Source: an uncultured Acidobacteriaceae bacterium (GTDB lineage Bacteria > Acidobacteriota > Terriglobia > Terriglobales > Acidobacteriaceae). From it: a stretch of 64,000 bases of DNA. A program made the translations under genes and the position numbers. Below are positions 1 through 10,030 of the stretch, in pieces. Under the pieces are notes generated by a model. The model ran no database searches. It saw only the letters and a list, made by a program, of their open reading frames with translations, and was not told the origin of the DNA. The stretch lies in the NCBI GenBank assembly GCA_963823805.1, contig CAWGMW010000002.1, positions 255,845 to 319,844 of the forward strand. Reading direction: 5' to 3'. Each line of letters begins with the position of its first letter. Within the stretch, counting starts at the first letter, position 1.

Positions 1-1302
1 CGCGACGGCGTTGAGGCGTGGGAGAAGGCACAGTCCTGGGATCCGGCCATTGTGGTGACCGACTTGAAGATGCCGCGGATGGACGGCTTGGGTCTGTTAG
101 CCAAGCTGGCCGAGGGCGCCGAGGGCCTCAGCGCCAACATGGCGGTGGTGGTGCTCACGGCCATGGGCTCGATCCAGTTGGCTGTGGACGCCATGAAGAT
201 GGGCGCGTACGACTTTCTGCAAAAGCCGGTGGACGCCACGCGGTTGAAGACGATTCTGGGCAACGCCGCACGACAGCGAGAAACGGCAATCGAGCTGGAG
301 GTGGCGAGGCGGCGGCTGCGGGAGTCGGGCGTGCTGGGCAAGATGGTCGGCAGCTCGCGGGCGATGCGTGAGATTTTCACGCTGATCGAGCAGGTTGCTC
401 CGTCGAATGTGCCGGTACTCATCACGGGCGAGAGCGGAACGGGCAAGGAACTGGTGGCACGCACGCTGCACGACCTGAGCCCGCGCAAGGCGCGGCCGTT
501 TGTAGCGGTGAACTGCGCGGCGATTCCAGAGACCCTGATTGAGAGCGAAATCTTCGGCCACGAAAAGGGCTCGTTCACAGGCGCGATCGAGCGAAGGGCC
601 GGCTGCTTCGAGTTGGCCGCGGGCGGAACGCTGCTGCTGGACGAGATTGGCGAGATGCCGTCGGGGACGCAAGCCAAGCTGCTGCGCGTGCTGGAAGAGC
701 GGAAGTTCCGGCGGCTGGGCGCTCGCGCTGAGATAGATACGGACGTGCGCGTGCTGGCGGCGATGAATCGGGATCCGCAGCGAGCCGTGGCAGAGGGTCA
801 TTTGCGCGCCGACCTCTATTACCGGCTCAACGTATTCAATATCGCCATGCCTCCGCTGCGCGAACATTTAGCAGACTTGCCGCCCATGGTGGAGACCATG
901 GTGAGCGAGATGAACCAGAAGCACGGCCGCAAAGTGTCGGGCGTGGCGCCGTCCATGCTGGACCGGCTGATGGCCTACAGTTGGCCGGGGAACGCGCGCG
1001 AACTGCGCAACACGATCGAGCGGGCGGTGATTCTTTGCCCCGATGGCGCGCCGCTCGATGCCGGACACTTGCCGTCGGGATTCGGCGAAGACCATTCGGC
1101 GGCGGCTCCGGCTGACGCCAGCGCGATCACCGTGCGCGTGGGAGCGACCGTGGATGAGGCGGAGCGTCTGCTGATCCTGCGCACGCTCGAGGCCACCGGG
1201 CAAAACAAGACACGCGCGGCAGAGATTCTGGGAGTGAGCCTGAAGACCCTGCACAACAAGCTCAAGGAGTACGGACGGGAACATCAGGAAGTCAAAAGCT
1301 GA
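1..1302 (+). CDS. sigma-54-dependent Fis-family response regulator (NtrC-like); 5' end lies outside the window
   Basis: Frame 1 is open from nt 1 (RDGVEAWEKAQSWDPAIVVTDLKMPRMDG, receiver domain). AAA+ sigma-54 activator motifs are present: GESGTGKE, ESEIFGHEKGSFTGA and LLLDEIGEM. C-terminal Fis-type HTH KTRAAEILGVSLKTLHNKLKEY. Confidence 0.92.
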   Translation, partial: RDGVEAWEKAQSWDPAIVVTDLKMPRMDGLGLLAKLAEGAEGLSANMAVVVLTAMGSIQLAVDAMKMGAYDFLQKPVDATRLKTILGNAARQRETAIELEVARRRLRESGVLGKMVGSSRAMREIFTLIEQVAPSNVPVLITGESGTGKELVARTLHDLSPRKARPFVAVNCAAIPETLIESEIFGHEKGSFTGAIERRAGCFELAAGGTLLLDEIGEMPSGTQAKLLRVLEERKFRRLGARAEIDTDVRVLAAMNRDPQRAVAEGHLRADLYYRLNVFNIAMPPLREHLADLPPMVETMVSEMNQKHGRKVSGVAPSMLDRLMAYSWPGNARELRNTIERAVILCPDGAPLDAGHLPSGFGEDHSAAAPADASAITVRVGATVDEAERLLILRTLEATGQNKTRAAEILGVSLKTLHNKLKEYGREHQEVKS

Positions 1303-1445
1303 AAAAGTCGCGATTCCGGTGCCTGAAGTGCGGATTATATCCCCAATACGCTCAAATCAACGTCGAACCAAGTGATTGCAGCAAACCGTATCTGAATTGC
1401 TCGCAAGGAAATTCTGAACCGGCCTGCTGTCGAGTGGTTTAGTTC

Positions 1446-3419
1446 ATGCGCCTGAAGACCAAACTCGTGCTGGCCATTACGGCTCTGGTGTTCCTGATCG
1501 CCGGGGTGGTCTCGCTGGTGTATGTCCACCAACTGGTAAAAGCGGCTGTGCTGGAGACTTATGACACCAACCAGATGGTGGCCGACCAGGTGCGGTATGC
1601 ATTGCAGAATGCGCTGGAGGCTGGGCTCAAGGACCGCATGGTGGCCTCGAACGATCCGGGAGCGTTGCGGGCACTGGTAGCAGAGACGGTGCAGAATGAT
1701 CCGTCCCTGCAGGCAGCGCTGGTCTCGGTCATCCGCTACTCGTCCACCGTGTACGACGTGAATATCGGCGACAGCCAGGGCTTAGTGTTGTTGAGCACCA
1801 ACCCGGACAACGAAGGCAAGCAGTTGCCCCCGCGCCCCAACTACGACGAGTTGCGCAAGGCAGGGCCCGTGCGAATGATGATGCAGGTCTTCGGCCAGCC
1901 CAAGGTTCTGGATATCGTTGCGCCGCTCGAGAATAACGGCAAGCTCTTCGCATCGGTCCACGTAGGGGTTCACACATCGCTGCTGCGGGCCGTTTACGAG
2001 CCGCTGCTGCGCAAGGCGTTCTGGCTGATGGGGTTTGCCCTGATTGCGGCGTTGCTGGCGGCTTTTTCGCTGAGCAACCTGGCGCTGCGCCCCATGACGG
2101 AGATCAGTCGGCAGCTCGACCGCCTGACTGCAGCCGGAGGAGCGCCAGTTGAAGATCAGGCGCCCAGGAAGCAGGACGTGGCGGCGCAGGTCTCCACCAA
2201 GATCGAGAAGATCGGGCAACGCATGCGCAATGTGGAGGAGGTCTATTCCGCGTTGCGGGAGAATCTTGACCAGATTCTTGGCAATCTGCAGGACGGAATC
2301 ATGCTCTTTACCGAGGACAGGCGCGCGGTGCTCGTTTCAGAGGCGGCGCGGCGGTTCCTGCAGATCGATCACGACAATATTCTCGGACGGCATGCGAACG
2401 AATTCCTGGACGATTCAAAGGTGCTGGGACGAACACTGCGCGAGGCGATCGAATCCGGCCGGAACATGGAGAAGGAAGAGATTCGCACCGAAGGCGGGCG
2501 GCGCATCCAGGCTTCGGTGAACTTTATTAACGACGACGAAACGCAGAAGGGCCTGGGCGCTCTGGTCACGCTGCATGATCTGGAATCGGCGGCGGAGATT
2601 GAGTCGGAGCTGGAGCTTTCGCGGCGCATGGCAGCGATCGGCCGTCTCACCTCGGGCGTGGGTCACGAGGTAAAGAACCCGATCAACGCGATCGTCGTGC
2701 ATCTCGAGCTTTTGAAATCGAAGCTGGGCGAATCGAACGGACCGGCGACCAGACACCTGGAGGTGATCGACGCGGAGATCCGGCGGCTGGACCGCGTAGT
2801 CCAGACGCTTGTGGATTTCGCGCGGCCGGTGGAAGTGCAGCTGCGGGAGCAGGACCTTCGCCCGGTGATCGGCGACGTGCTGGCGTTGGCTGCCGACGAG
2901 CTGACGATGCGCAGGGTCACCTTGATCAGCCGCATACCGGCAGAGCCGCTGATCGCCAATGTGGATGCCGACTTGCTCAAGCAGGCGGCGCTAAACGTGA
3001 TCCAGAATGGCGCACAAGCCATGCCGAATGGCGGACGGCTGGAAGTGACCCTCGAAGAAGACAGGGATCATGGCGTGAATCAGGCCCAGCCAGGTCAGCC
3101 GAACGGAACAGCCGGCGGGGGCGCGCATCCGGCAACGTATTCGGCGGTGCTTCGCGTTGCCGATGAGGGCATCGGAATTCCTGACGAAATCCGGGACAAG
3201 ATCTTTGATTTGTACTTTACAACCAAGATCGGGGGCAGCGGCATCGGGCTGGCAATGACTTATCGCATCCTGCAGCTGCACCACGGGAGTGTAGAAGTAC
3301 AATCGAGGCAAGGCCGGGGCACGGAATTCAGGCTGCGAATTCCACTTACCGCCGCGGAACGGGGACGCCGGAATCTACAGCCGGCGGTTGTTGAAGTCGA
3401 AAAGGGGATGGGGGAATGA
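1446..3419 (+). CDS. sensor histidine kinase (TM, PAS-like, HisKA, HATPase_c)
   Basis: N-terminal TM helix [21 protein letters not shown] and a second TM. H-box [15 protein letters not shown]-box [15 protein letters not shown]-boxes DEGIGIP and GGSGIGLA. Sits directly downstream of the response regulator. Confidence 0.9.
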   Translation: MRLKTKLVLAITALVFLIAGVVSLVYVHQLVKAAVLETYDTNQMVADQVRYALQNALEAGLKDRMVASNDPGALRALVAETVQNDPSLQAALVSVIRYSSTVYDVNIGDSQGLVLLSTNPDNEGKQLPPRPNYDELRKAGPVRMMMQVFGQPKVLDIVAPLENNGKLFASVHVGVHTSLLRAVYEPLLRKAFWLMGFALIAALLAAFSLSNLALRPMTEISRQLDRLTAAGGAPVEDQAPRKQDVAAQVSTKIEKIGQRMRNVEEVYSALRENLDQILGNLQDGIMLFTEDRRAVLVSEAARRFLQIDHDNILGRHANEFLDDSKVLGRTLREAIESGRNMEKEEIRTEGGRRIQASVNFINDDETQKGLGALVTLHDLESAAEIESELELSRRMAAIGRLTSGVGHEVKNPINAIVVHLELLKSKLGESNGPATRHLEVIDAEIRRLDRVVQTLVDFARPVEVQLREQDLRPVIGDVLALAADELTMRRVTLISRIPAEPLIANVDADLLKQAALNVIQNGAQAMPNGGRLEVTLEEDRDHGVNQAQPGQPNGTAGGGAHPATYSAVLRVADEGIGIPDEIRDKIFDLYFTTKIGGSGIGLAMTYRILQLHHGSVEVQSRQGRGTEFRLRIPLTAAERGRRNLQPAVVEVEKGMGE

Positions 3420-3973
3420 AGTCACCTGCCAAGTGTGCTGCATGGCTGCTGCCGCTCTTGCTGGCCGGCTGCTTCCACATGCCCTTTCTTCACAAGAGTC
3501 AGCCGGCACAGCCGATGCTGGCGCCGCTGATCGAGCCTTCCGTGCCACTGGATCTGGCGTTCGTCGAGCTGCCGCCATCGATGAGATTGATCCCCGGCAG
3601 GCATCTCGTCAATATGAGGGTCCACGACGAGACAGTAAAACCGCTGATCCACCACAGGCGGCCGCCAAGTCCAATAGAGATCGCGGCCCCTTCTGAGGAG
3701 GCCGGAATCCCCAGCCCCGAAGTCAGCGCCATTGGTCAACTTTCTACTGGCGACCCTGTGAGTTATCGACAGCAGACAGAGCAGTCCCTCGCATCCATTG
3801 AGCGCGGGCTCAATGGCATCAACCGTACGTTGAGCGACTCCGACCAGAAGACTGCCGACCAGATTCGGGAGTTCCTGAAACAAGCCAGGGCGGCGCTGGC
3901 ATCGGGCGACGTGGACGGCGCGCGCACCCTGGCGGCCAAGGCGCAAGTCCTGCTGGCGGCGCTGACTCAATAG
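3416..3973 (+). CDS. hypothetical lipoprotein, translationally coupled to the kinase
   Basis: Signal peptide with lipobox ([19 protein letters not shown]). Its ATG overlaps the kinase stop (ATGA). I recognise no family. Confidence 0.6.
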   Translation: MKSPAKCAAWLLPLLLAGCFHMPFLHKSQPAQPMLAPLIEPSVPLDLAFVELPPSMRLIPGRHLVNMRVHDETVKPLIHHRRPPSPIEIAAPSEEAGIPSPEVSAIGQLSTGDPVSYRQQTEQSLASIERGLNGINRTLSDSDQKTADQIREFLKQARAALASGDVDGARTLAAKAQVLLAALTQ

Positions 3974-3993
3974 AGCGCGTGGCCGTTGCGTTT

Positions 3994-4851
3994 CTACAAC
4001 TCTCCCCAACTCAGCTTGCTGCGCAACACATCGAAGAATCCCCCGTCACCAAGCCGGACAAGCTTGACGGTGTGATTCGAACGGCAGCAACGCACCTCGT
4101 CGCCGCGGCGAAGCTCAACGCCCTGCTGGCCGTCGATCGTAAGCAGCGCGACATTGGGAACACCCTCGACGCGCACCATGAGCGATGCGCCGCCGCGCAC
4201 AACAATGGGCCGGAGCGTGAGCAAGTGAGGGCAGATGGGCGTCACCACCATGGCGTCCACGTCGGGCGTAAGAATGGGGCCGTTTGCGGCCAGTGTATAA
4301 GCGGTTGAGCCCGTGGGAGTGGAAACGATGATACCGTCGGCGCGAAAGCGGGCCACGCTCCGGCCGTCGAGTTCCACTGCGAACTCGCCCATGCGGGCAA
4401 TGTCACCCTTGGAAACGACAATTTCGTTCAGCGCTTCGAAGCTTGAGTGCTCCGCCCCCGCACGCCACAGAACTGCATGGAGCATGGCGCGCTCGTCGAG
4501 ACTATGGCAGCCCGTGCACCAGTTCTCGAGAGTGGCGTAGAGGTCGGCCAAACGCACTTCGGTCAGGAAGCCGAGAAATCCGAGATTCACGCTGAGGATG
4601 GGCGTGCCAACGGTCGCGAAGATGCGCGCCGCGGCAAGCAAAGTGCCATCGCCCCCCAAAACAATGACCAGACCCGGCGAATGTGAAGGCAACTCCGCGC
4701 GATCGACGCTCGGCGCAGCATCGGTGTAGGCGCCGCCTTCGCGGTCCAGCACCACTGCGTAGTCGTGCTTGCGCAGCCACGCGATCAGGTCCGGCAAGAG
4801 CTGCTTGAGCTCTTCCCTGTTCGGCTTGCAAACAATTGCAACCGTGGTCAT
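3994..4851 (-). CDS. nadK: NAD(+) kinase
   Basis: NAD kinase signature VIVLGGDGTLLAAAR and family-length alignment. I prefer the ATG at 4851 (MTTVAIVCKP); the longest ORF extends to 4908. Confidence 0.85.
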   Translation of the reverse strand: MTTVAIVCKPNREELKQLLPDLIAWLRKHDYAVVLDREGGAYTDAAPSVDRAELPSHSPGLVIVLGGDGTLLAAARIFATVGTPILSVNLGFLGFLTEVRLADLYATLENWCTGCHSLDERAMLHAVLWRAGAEHSSFEALNEIVVSKGDIARMGEFAVELDGRSVARFRADGIIVSTPTGSTAYTLAANGPILTPDVDAMVVTPICPHLLTLRPIVVRGGASLMVRVEGVPNVALLTIDGQQGVELRRGDEVRCCRSNHTVKLVRLGDGGFFDVLRSKLSWGEL

Positions 4852-4920
4852 GCGTCCAAGTGTAATGGATGAAGCCCGGCGCGTTCTTCGCGGGTTCGGC
4901 TGCTTCACAGAGATCGAGAA

Positions 4921-5727
4921 TCACCGCCGTGCGTAGAGCAGAAACTCCCGGTTGCCCTCGACTCCGGTTATCGGCGACGGAATGGTTCCGACGACGCTCC
5001 AGCCGAGAGATCGGACACACTCAGCGACCTTGTCGATGGCCGACTGGTGCGCCTCGGGATCGCGCACAATGCCGCCTTTGCCGACGTGTTCACGGCCTGC
5101 CTCAAACTGGGGCTTAACCAGAATGACCGCCTCGACGAGCGAAGGAGCGGCGGCAAACACGGCCGGCAGCACCAGAGTCGCCGAGATGAAGGAAACGTCG
5201 ACGACGAGAAGAGTTTTTTTCTGGTCTTGGTTGAGTGTCTGCAGCGACCCAGGCTTGAGCAAGCGAGCGTTGGTGCGCTCGAGCAGGCTGACACGCCGAT
5301 CGTTGCGCAACTTCATGTGGATTTGGCCGAAGCCGGTGTCAATGGCCGTGACATGCGCCGCGCCGTGCTGCAATAGGCAGTCCGTGAATCCTCCGGTCGA
5401 TGCGCCAACATCGAGGCAGGCGCGGCCGTCGACGCCGATTTGCCATTGGACCAGAGCAGCGGCCAGTTTTAATCCGCCGCGGCTGACATAAGGAAGGTCA
5501 TCGCCCAGGAGCCTGATGGGAGAGTCAATCGGGATCGATGTGCCGGGCTTGTCGATCTTTTGCTCGCGCACCATCACCCGGCCGGCAAGGATGAGCGATC
5601 GCGCACGTTCGCGGCTGGCGGCGAGGCCACGCTCAACGAGTAACTGGTCAAGACGTGTCTTTCCTGGGCGTGTTTGGGCCGGGCGCTCCTTCGCAACTCT
5701 CACTTTTGCATCTTTCGCCATCAACAC
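4921..5727 (-). CDS. tlyA: TlyA-family rRNA (cytidine-2'-O)-methyltransferase
   Basis: S4-like N-terminus (RLDQLLVERGLAASRERARSLILAGRV) plus FtsJ-type SAM-binding site (LDVGASTGGFTDCLLQHGA). Confidence 0.85.
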   Translation of the reverse strand: MLMAKDAKVRVAKERPAQTRPGKTRLDQLLVERGLAASRERARSLILAGRVMVREQKIDKPGTSIPIDSPIRLLGDDLPYVSRGGLKLAAALVQWQIGVDGRACLDVGASTGGFTDCLLQHGAAHVTAIDTGFGQIHMKLRNDRRVSLLERTNARLLKPGSLQTLNQDQKKTLLVVDVSFISATLVLPAVFAAAPSLVEAVILVKPQFEAGREHVGKGGIVRDPEAHQSAIDKVAECVRSLGWSVVGTIPSPITGVEGNREFLLYARR

Positions 5728-5744
5728 AACTTTCTCCCAACGCG

Positions 5745-5780
5745 CCGAAGGGCCATTCCCACATGGGAAAGGCCCTTCGG
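5745..5780 (-). terminator. long GC-rich hairpin downstream of the propeller lipoprotein gene (possible terminator, no clear U-tract)
   Basis: 17-nt arms CCGAAGGGCCATTCCCA (5745-5761) and TGGGAAAGGCCCTTCGG (5764-5780), complementary with one mismatch. Lies 30 nt past the stop at 5810. Confidence 0.35.
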
Positions 5781-5809
5781 ATTGTCAAAAGATTCGGCCG
5801 CCCAGCGCC

Positions 5810-7360
5810 TTACTGAATCGACTGGCAGGTTGCAAGAGACGTTAATCGCGCTGCACCCGGCAGATCACATGGCTGCCCGTAGCCAGGAACGCGGCTGCTG
5901 TAGTCGTTATTGCCACTCGTGCCGGTCTGGGTGGTGGTGCGCATATCTACTGGCGTGCCCTCCAGCAGAACCGTGGTGTCGATCAGGTCAGTGACGGTCG
6001 GGCTCGATTCAATGATCGTGATAAAGGGGCTGTCCGGCGACGCCACGTAGATCTTGGAGAACTCGGAGTTCTGCGTGTTAAGCACGGTGCGCGGATGACC
6101 GACGACGGTAAGGGTCTTTTCCACCGTATATGTGTAAAGGTTCACCACTGTCACGGTTCCATTGCCTGTGCCGCTGTCGTCGTTCTGATTGGCCGTGTAG
6201 GCCTTACTGCCGTCGGCGAGAACGGTGACGCTGGCCGGGTTGGGAGTGGCAGTGTTGCCCACCTTAATCGTGGTCACGGAACCGAAACCGCCGGTGATGG
6301 CACCGCAGTTGGCGTAGCTCGTGACACCGCCTACAGTACAGCTGGGATTTGTATAGGTATTCGAGTCGTTGCCGTATTCATCCAGCGGGACATTGACCAC
6401 GCTGACGGTCCCACCGTCATAGTTGGCGACGACAAGCTGTTGGGTCGCCTGATTGTATTCGGCATCAACGGGTCCGGACCCCGCGGGAAGCTGAATGGTG
6501 GGATGGCAGGTGATCCATTGGCCACTCTGGTTCTGAAATGGCGTGCACGCATCCGGGGTATTGTTCTTGGTGTCGATCACAGTGATCGTGTCGTCTCCGC
6601 GGTTGAGGACAAACAGGCGCTGAATGTTTGGAGTTTGCACCGCGTACACGGGACATTTACCGACCGGAATGGCAGGATCGGTGGTGTTGCTGGAGATTTC
6701 AATCGGCGTAGCCACGCCCGTCGGAGCCGTTGTTGGCGAGAGATTGCAGGCCAACGGCGCTGTGTCCGGGACATCCTGGCTGAGCACATATTCGCGTTCG
6801 CCGGCATTACTCGGTGTTCCGGCGACGAACACGGGCATGGTGGCTGGACTCCCCGACGTGGCCACCGGGATGGCGAGTTTGAATGCCTGAGGCGATCCGG
6901 CAAAGAGATCAACCACGTCGCCATTGAGATCCGTGGCCCAAAGTCCGTTGGACGGCGAAAACAAATTGACCGGCAGCGCGGTGGGAGGCAGCGTTGATTC
7001 TAAAACCTGCTTCGCCTGCAAGCTGGGGGAGATGCCGAAGTTGGACAGTGTGCCGTCGCTGTTGATGGTGTACCCCGTGGCGCCAACTTCGTCCAAGGTG
7101 AAGACTCTTGGCCCGGGTCCGATTTGCGCCTCGGTCAGGATCGAGTCACCGGAATAATCGATGATGGTGACCACCCCAGGAGTTGAGGCGCCCGTGGTCG
7201 AAACCACAACGGTATACGAGCCGGGTTGCGCCGGCGGGCCATTGGTGGCGACCGGTGTGACCACCGGCCTGTAATTATCGCCACAGCCGCCGAGAAGAAC
7301 TGTAAGTGCTAGAGCGGCTGCTGCCTGCGCGAAGAACACACGCGCCGGGCATGACTTCAT
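5810..7360 (-). CDS. YVTN-type beta-propeller repeat lipoprotein
   Basis: Start chosen at MKSCPARVFFAQAAAALALTVLLGGCG (signal peptide plus lipobox). Repeated propeller blades (RLFVLNRGDDTITVIDT, QLVVANYDGGTVSVVNV, KAYTANQNDDSGTGNGTVTVVNL). The 843-aa ORF upstream of 7360 overlaps the divergent DUF92 gene and looks non-coding. Confidence 0.75.
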   Translation of the reverse strand: MKSCPARVFFAQAAAALALTVLLGGCGDNYRPVVTPVATNGPPAQPGSYTVVVSTTGASTPGVVTIIDYSGDSILTEAQIGPGPRVFTLDEVGATGYTINSDGTLSNFGISPSLQAKQVLESTLPPTALPVNLFSPSNGLWATDLNGDVVDLFAGSPQAFKLAIPVATSGSPATMPVFVAGTPSNAGEREYVLSQDVPDTAPLACNLSPTTAPTGVATPIEISSNTTDPAIPVGKCPVYAVQTPNIQRLFVLNRGDDTITVIDTKNNTPDACTPFQNQSGQWITCHPTIQLPAGSGPVDAEYNQATQQLVVANYDGGTVSVVNVPLDEYGNDSNTYTNPSCTVGGVTSYANCGAITGGFGSVTTIKVGNTATPNPASVTVLADGSKAYTANQNDDSGTGNGTVTVVNLYTYTVEKTLTVVGHPRTVLNTQNSEFSKIYVASPDSPFITIIESSPTVTDLIDTTVLLEGTPVDMRTTTQTGTSGNNDYSSRVPGYGQPCDLPGAARLTSLATCQSIQ

Positions 7361-7448
7361 GGTAAAAAGCCTCATTCGAAATCTTTCCTGCTTCCTTGGT
7401 GATTGTAAATCAAGTGGGCGGGCGCACCGGATCATCCAGACTCCCTGC

Positions 7449-8429
7449 GGTATGCGACGAAGCCCAAAGTATTTGGTCATCTCAGACGTAGGGCCTGTTA
7501 ACACTTTCTTGGGTGACAGACACCGGCTACGATGGGGCGTGGCCCAGGAAGAGCTGGCGTGGCAATCGAAGATCGTGTTGCTGGCGGTACTGCCGTTCGC
7601 GGGCACCGATGTGCTGCTTGCGTGCTTCGCCTGGGCATCGGAATCCACTGCCGTGGTGGTTTGGGTCATCGGCTTGAGCGCGTTGCTTGGGCTGATCGTG
7701 TGGAAGCTGCGATCGGCCACGCTGGCAGCGGCGGCGACCGGCGCACTCATCACCGCAAGCCTGATGTTCTCGACTGGCGAGTTTCCGTACGAGCCCTGGC
7801 ATACTGCTCTGCTACCTACGCTGGCGGTTTCAGTGCTGGCCCTCGCCGCCACGCGGATTGGACGGGCCAGGAAGGAGCGGCTGGGAACGGCAGAGGCCCG
7901 TCGGGGACGATCCGCTTCGCAGGTTGCGGCGAATCTGGGCATGGCGGCGCTGGTTGCCAGCGATCCTGTGAACGTCTGGTTGCTGGACAGCCGCTGGCTT
8001 CCTCGCCCAGCCCACGCGGGAGCTCTGCTGCTGGCGATGCCTTTGGCAGCGCTTGCTGAGGCCGCGGCAGACACCGTTTCGTCGGAGATCGGGCAGGTGT
8101 TGGGCGGCCGGCCGCGGATGATTACGACATTGCGAGCTGTGGAACCGGGCACGGACGGCGCAGTGAGCGTGGCCGGAACGCTGGCCGGGTTGATTGCAGC
8201 GGCCATCGTGGCAGGCGCAGGAACTTGGGCGATGCGCGGTGATTGGACTCTCTTCAAGCTGAGCTGCGCCGGTGCGGTGTTCGGGCTTCTTTTCGACAGC
8301 CTGCTGGGGGCAACGCTGGAGAAGCGCGGGTGGCTCAACAACGACGCGGTGAACTTTCTGTCGACGGCAAGCGCCTCGGCGTTTGCGCTTCTTTTGCTGG
8401 CGTTCCTGCCTCGTCCGGGAGTCGGGTAG
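7449..8429 (+). CDS. DUF92/TMEM19-family integral membrane protein
   Basis: Multi-TM protein with a DUF92-like C-terminal half (SSEIGQVLGGRPRMITT, GTDGAVSVAGTLAGL, LLFDSLLGATLEKRGWLNNDAVNF). Start is uncertain: ATG at 7449, ATG at 7359, or an internal GTG. Confidence 0.7.
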   Translation, partial: GMRRSPKYLVISDVGPVNTFLGDRHRLRWGVAQEELAWQSKIVLLAVLPFAGTDVLLACFAWASESTAVVVWVIGLSALLGLIVWKLRSATLAAAATGALITASLMFSTGEFPYEPWHTALLPTLAVSVLALAATRIGRARKERLGTAEARRGRSASQVAANLGMAALVASDPVNVWLLDSRWLPRPAHAGALLLAMPLAALAEAAADTVSSEIGQVLGGRPRMITTLRAVEPGTDGAVSVAGTLAGLIAAAIVAGAGTWAMRGDWTLFKLSCAGAVFGLLFDSLLGATLEKRGWLNNDAVNFLSTASASAFALLLLAFLPRPGVG

Positions 8430-8461
8430 AGGGCCCCTTTGTCATTGGTCCGCCAGCGATT

Positions 8462-8509
8462 TGATTTGCTGACTCGCTAACACGCTGACTTGCCAACTCG
8501 CCAACACGC
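8462..8509 (+). repeat. 6 tandem 8-nt units (TGATTTGC TGACTCGC TAACACGC TGACTTGC CAACTCGC CAACACGC)
   Basis: Read directly from the sequence. Lies between the convergent DUF92 and YdcF genes. TGA/TGA/TAA/TGA at 8462, 8470, 8478 and 8486 fall in all three plus-strand frames. Confidence 0.7.
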
Positions 8510-8557
8510 GCGCAGCGCGGCTAACTTGCCAAGTGGCAATCCGCTCGCTCCGCTGCG

Positions 8558-9187
8558 TCAATGCAGATGGAGCCGCCATAAGGTGTAGCTGAGAATCTCG
8601 TGGGCGATGCGCTCGGTCTCGAGCGTGCGGTCCTCGACGGCCGGACGTGGACGCGGCGAAGTGAGCACGTCAAGACCTTCGGCAGCACAGATGGCGTGAA
8701 TGCGGAACATGTGAGTGTCGTCGCTGACGACAACCAGCCGGTGCAGCCCGTTGACACGGGCGATGACGGCAATGCGGCGGGCTGACTCCTCAGTGTTGCG
8801 GCTTTCTGTTTCGGCGATGATGGCCTGCTCCGGAACGCCCTTGTTGATCAGATATCCCTCACCGACTGAACCCTCAGTAAACTGATCGCCGCCGGGACCG
8901 CCGAGTGTGATGATAAGCGGGGCAATGCCGCGATGGTAGAGCTCGAGCGCGTGGTCGAGCCGTGCGCGATAGACGGGCGAAGGACGGCCGTCATACTCCG
9001 CCGCGCCGAGAACCCCGATAGCATCGGCGGGTGCAGCCTGATCCAGGTGCGCGTAGGTCTCAATCTGCACGTAGACCCAATGGCACCAGCCAATGGCCGC
9101 GGCCAGCAGGCAGAGGACAAGAAAAAGTGCGACGCGGAGGACCCAATTACGGTGCTTCGTCTTGGATTCGCGCCCCATGCGCACCAT
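8558..9187 (-). CDS. YdcF/DUF218-family protein
   Basis: N-terminal TM followed by a DUF218 core (IGVLGAAEYDGRPSPVYRARLDHALELY, LIITLGGPGGDQFTEGSVGEGYL, RLVVVSDDTHMFR). Confidence 0.8.
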   Translation of the reverse strand: MVRMGRESKTKHRNWVLRVALFLVLCLLAAAIGWCHWVYVQIETYAHLDQAAPADAIGVLGAAEYDGRPSPVYRARLDHALELYHRGIAPLIITLGGPGGDQFTEGSVGEGYLINKGVPEQAIIAETESRNTEESARRIAVIARVNGLHRLVVVSDDTHMFRIHAICAAEGLDVLTSPRPRPAVEDRTLETERIAHEILSYTLWRLHLH

Positions 9188-9188
9188 C

Positions 9189-9833
9189 TTATCGCTGCAG
9201 GGTCATCACGATTTCGTGAGTTGAAATTGCGCCTTCGCGCAAGATCTCCCAGCGGCCGGGGCCGAGGGTTAGATCGACGATGGTGGTCGGCTGCGCGCGG
9301 CCTGTCGGACCACCATCGACAATGAGCGGAATGCGCTCGCCGATTTGGTCACGAACGCAGCCGGCGTTGGTGCATTCCGAAGCGCCTTGCAGGTTGGCCG
9401 AAGTGGCTGTGATGGGCAGACCAAAACGCTCCACAACTGCACGGGGAATTGCGGCGTCGGGCACGCGCAGAGCGACATTGCCAGTGTTCGCTGTGGAGCG
9501 CAGAGGCAGCTTGGTTCCAGCGCGAACGATAATGGTCAGCGGTCCCGGCCAGAAACGGTCCGCGAGCTTGTCGAGCTGGGGGTCGGTGTCGCGCGCCAGC
9601 TCGTATGCCTGGGACAAGCCGGAGATCAAAAGCGAAAGCGGTTTGTGCTTCTGGCGAGTCTTGATCTGGTAAATCTGCTCGACTGCGAAGAGGTTCACTG
9701 GGTCCACGGCCAGGCCGTAGAAGGTGTCGGTTGGCAGAGCGATGACACCCCCTTTGCGCAGGCAGGAGACGATGTAATCGATCCGGTCCGGTTGGGGTTC
9801 ATCGGGATGGACGCGCAATATCTCCGCGGACAA
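9189..9833 (-). CDS. tsaC: L-threonylcarbamoyladenylate synthase (YrdC/TsaC family)
   Basis: YrdC-fold motifs (GGVIALPTDTFYGLAVDP, TATSANLQGASE). The start codon is TTG at 9833. Confidence 0.85.
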   Translation of the reverse strand: MSAEILRVHPDEPQPDRIDYIVSCLRKGGVIALPTDTFYGLAVDPVNLFAVEQIYQIKTRQKHKPLSLLISGLSQAYELARDTDPQLDKLADRFWPGPLTIIVRAGTKLPLRSTANTGNVALRVPDAAIPRAVVERFGLPITATSANLQGASECTNAGCVRDQIGERIPLIVDGGPTGRAQPTTIVDLTLGPGRWEILREGAISTHEIVMTLQR

Positions 9834-9915
9834 AGAGGCCTACCTCGGTTCCCGAATAAAAGAAGAGGCTACAAAATCGGAAGCTATCACAGCACCAGCC
9901 CCGGTGCAAGTTGCA

Positions 9916-9950
9916 CTACTAGCTTTTAGCCTCTAGCTTCTAGCTCCTAG
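9916..9950. repeat. 5 tandem heptamers CYYYTAG (CTACTAG CTTTTAG CCTCTAG CTTCTAG CTCCTAG)
   Basis: Read directly. Lies in the tsaC/trmH divergent intergenic region. TAG at 9920, 9927, 9934, 9941 and 9948 covers all three frames. The four CTAG palindromes also give TAG on the minus strand. Confidence 0.75.
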
Positions 9951-10030
9951 CCGCTCGTTTAGCGTGGTTTGCCTGCGCTTTCATCGAAAAGGGCGATCGC
10001 GCGTCACATCGATCCGAACTGCACGAAAAG

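Noticed and set aside
7361-8341. N-terminal 327 codons of the 843-aa minus-strand ORF
   Set aside because: This part overlaps the plus-strand DUF92 membrane protein in antisense and has low-complexity Ala/Ser/Arg composition. A proper signal peptide and lipobox begin at 7360.
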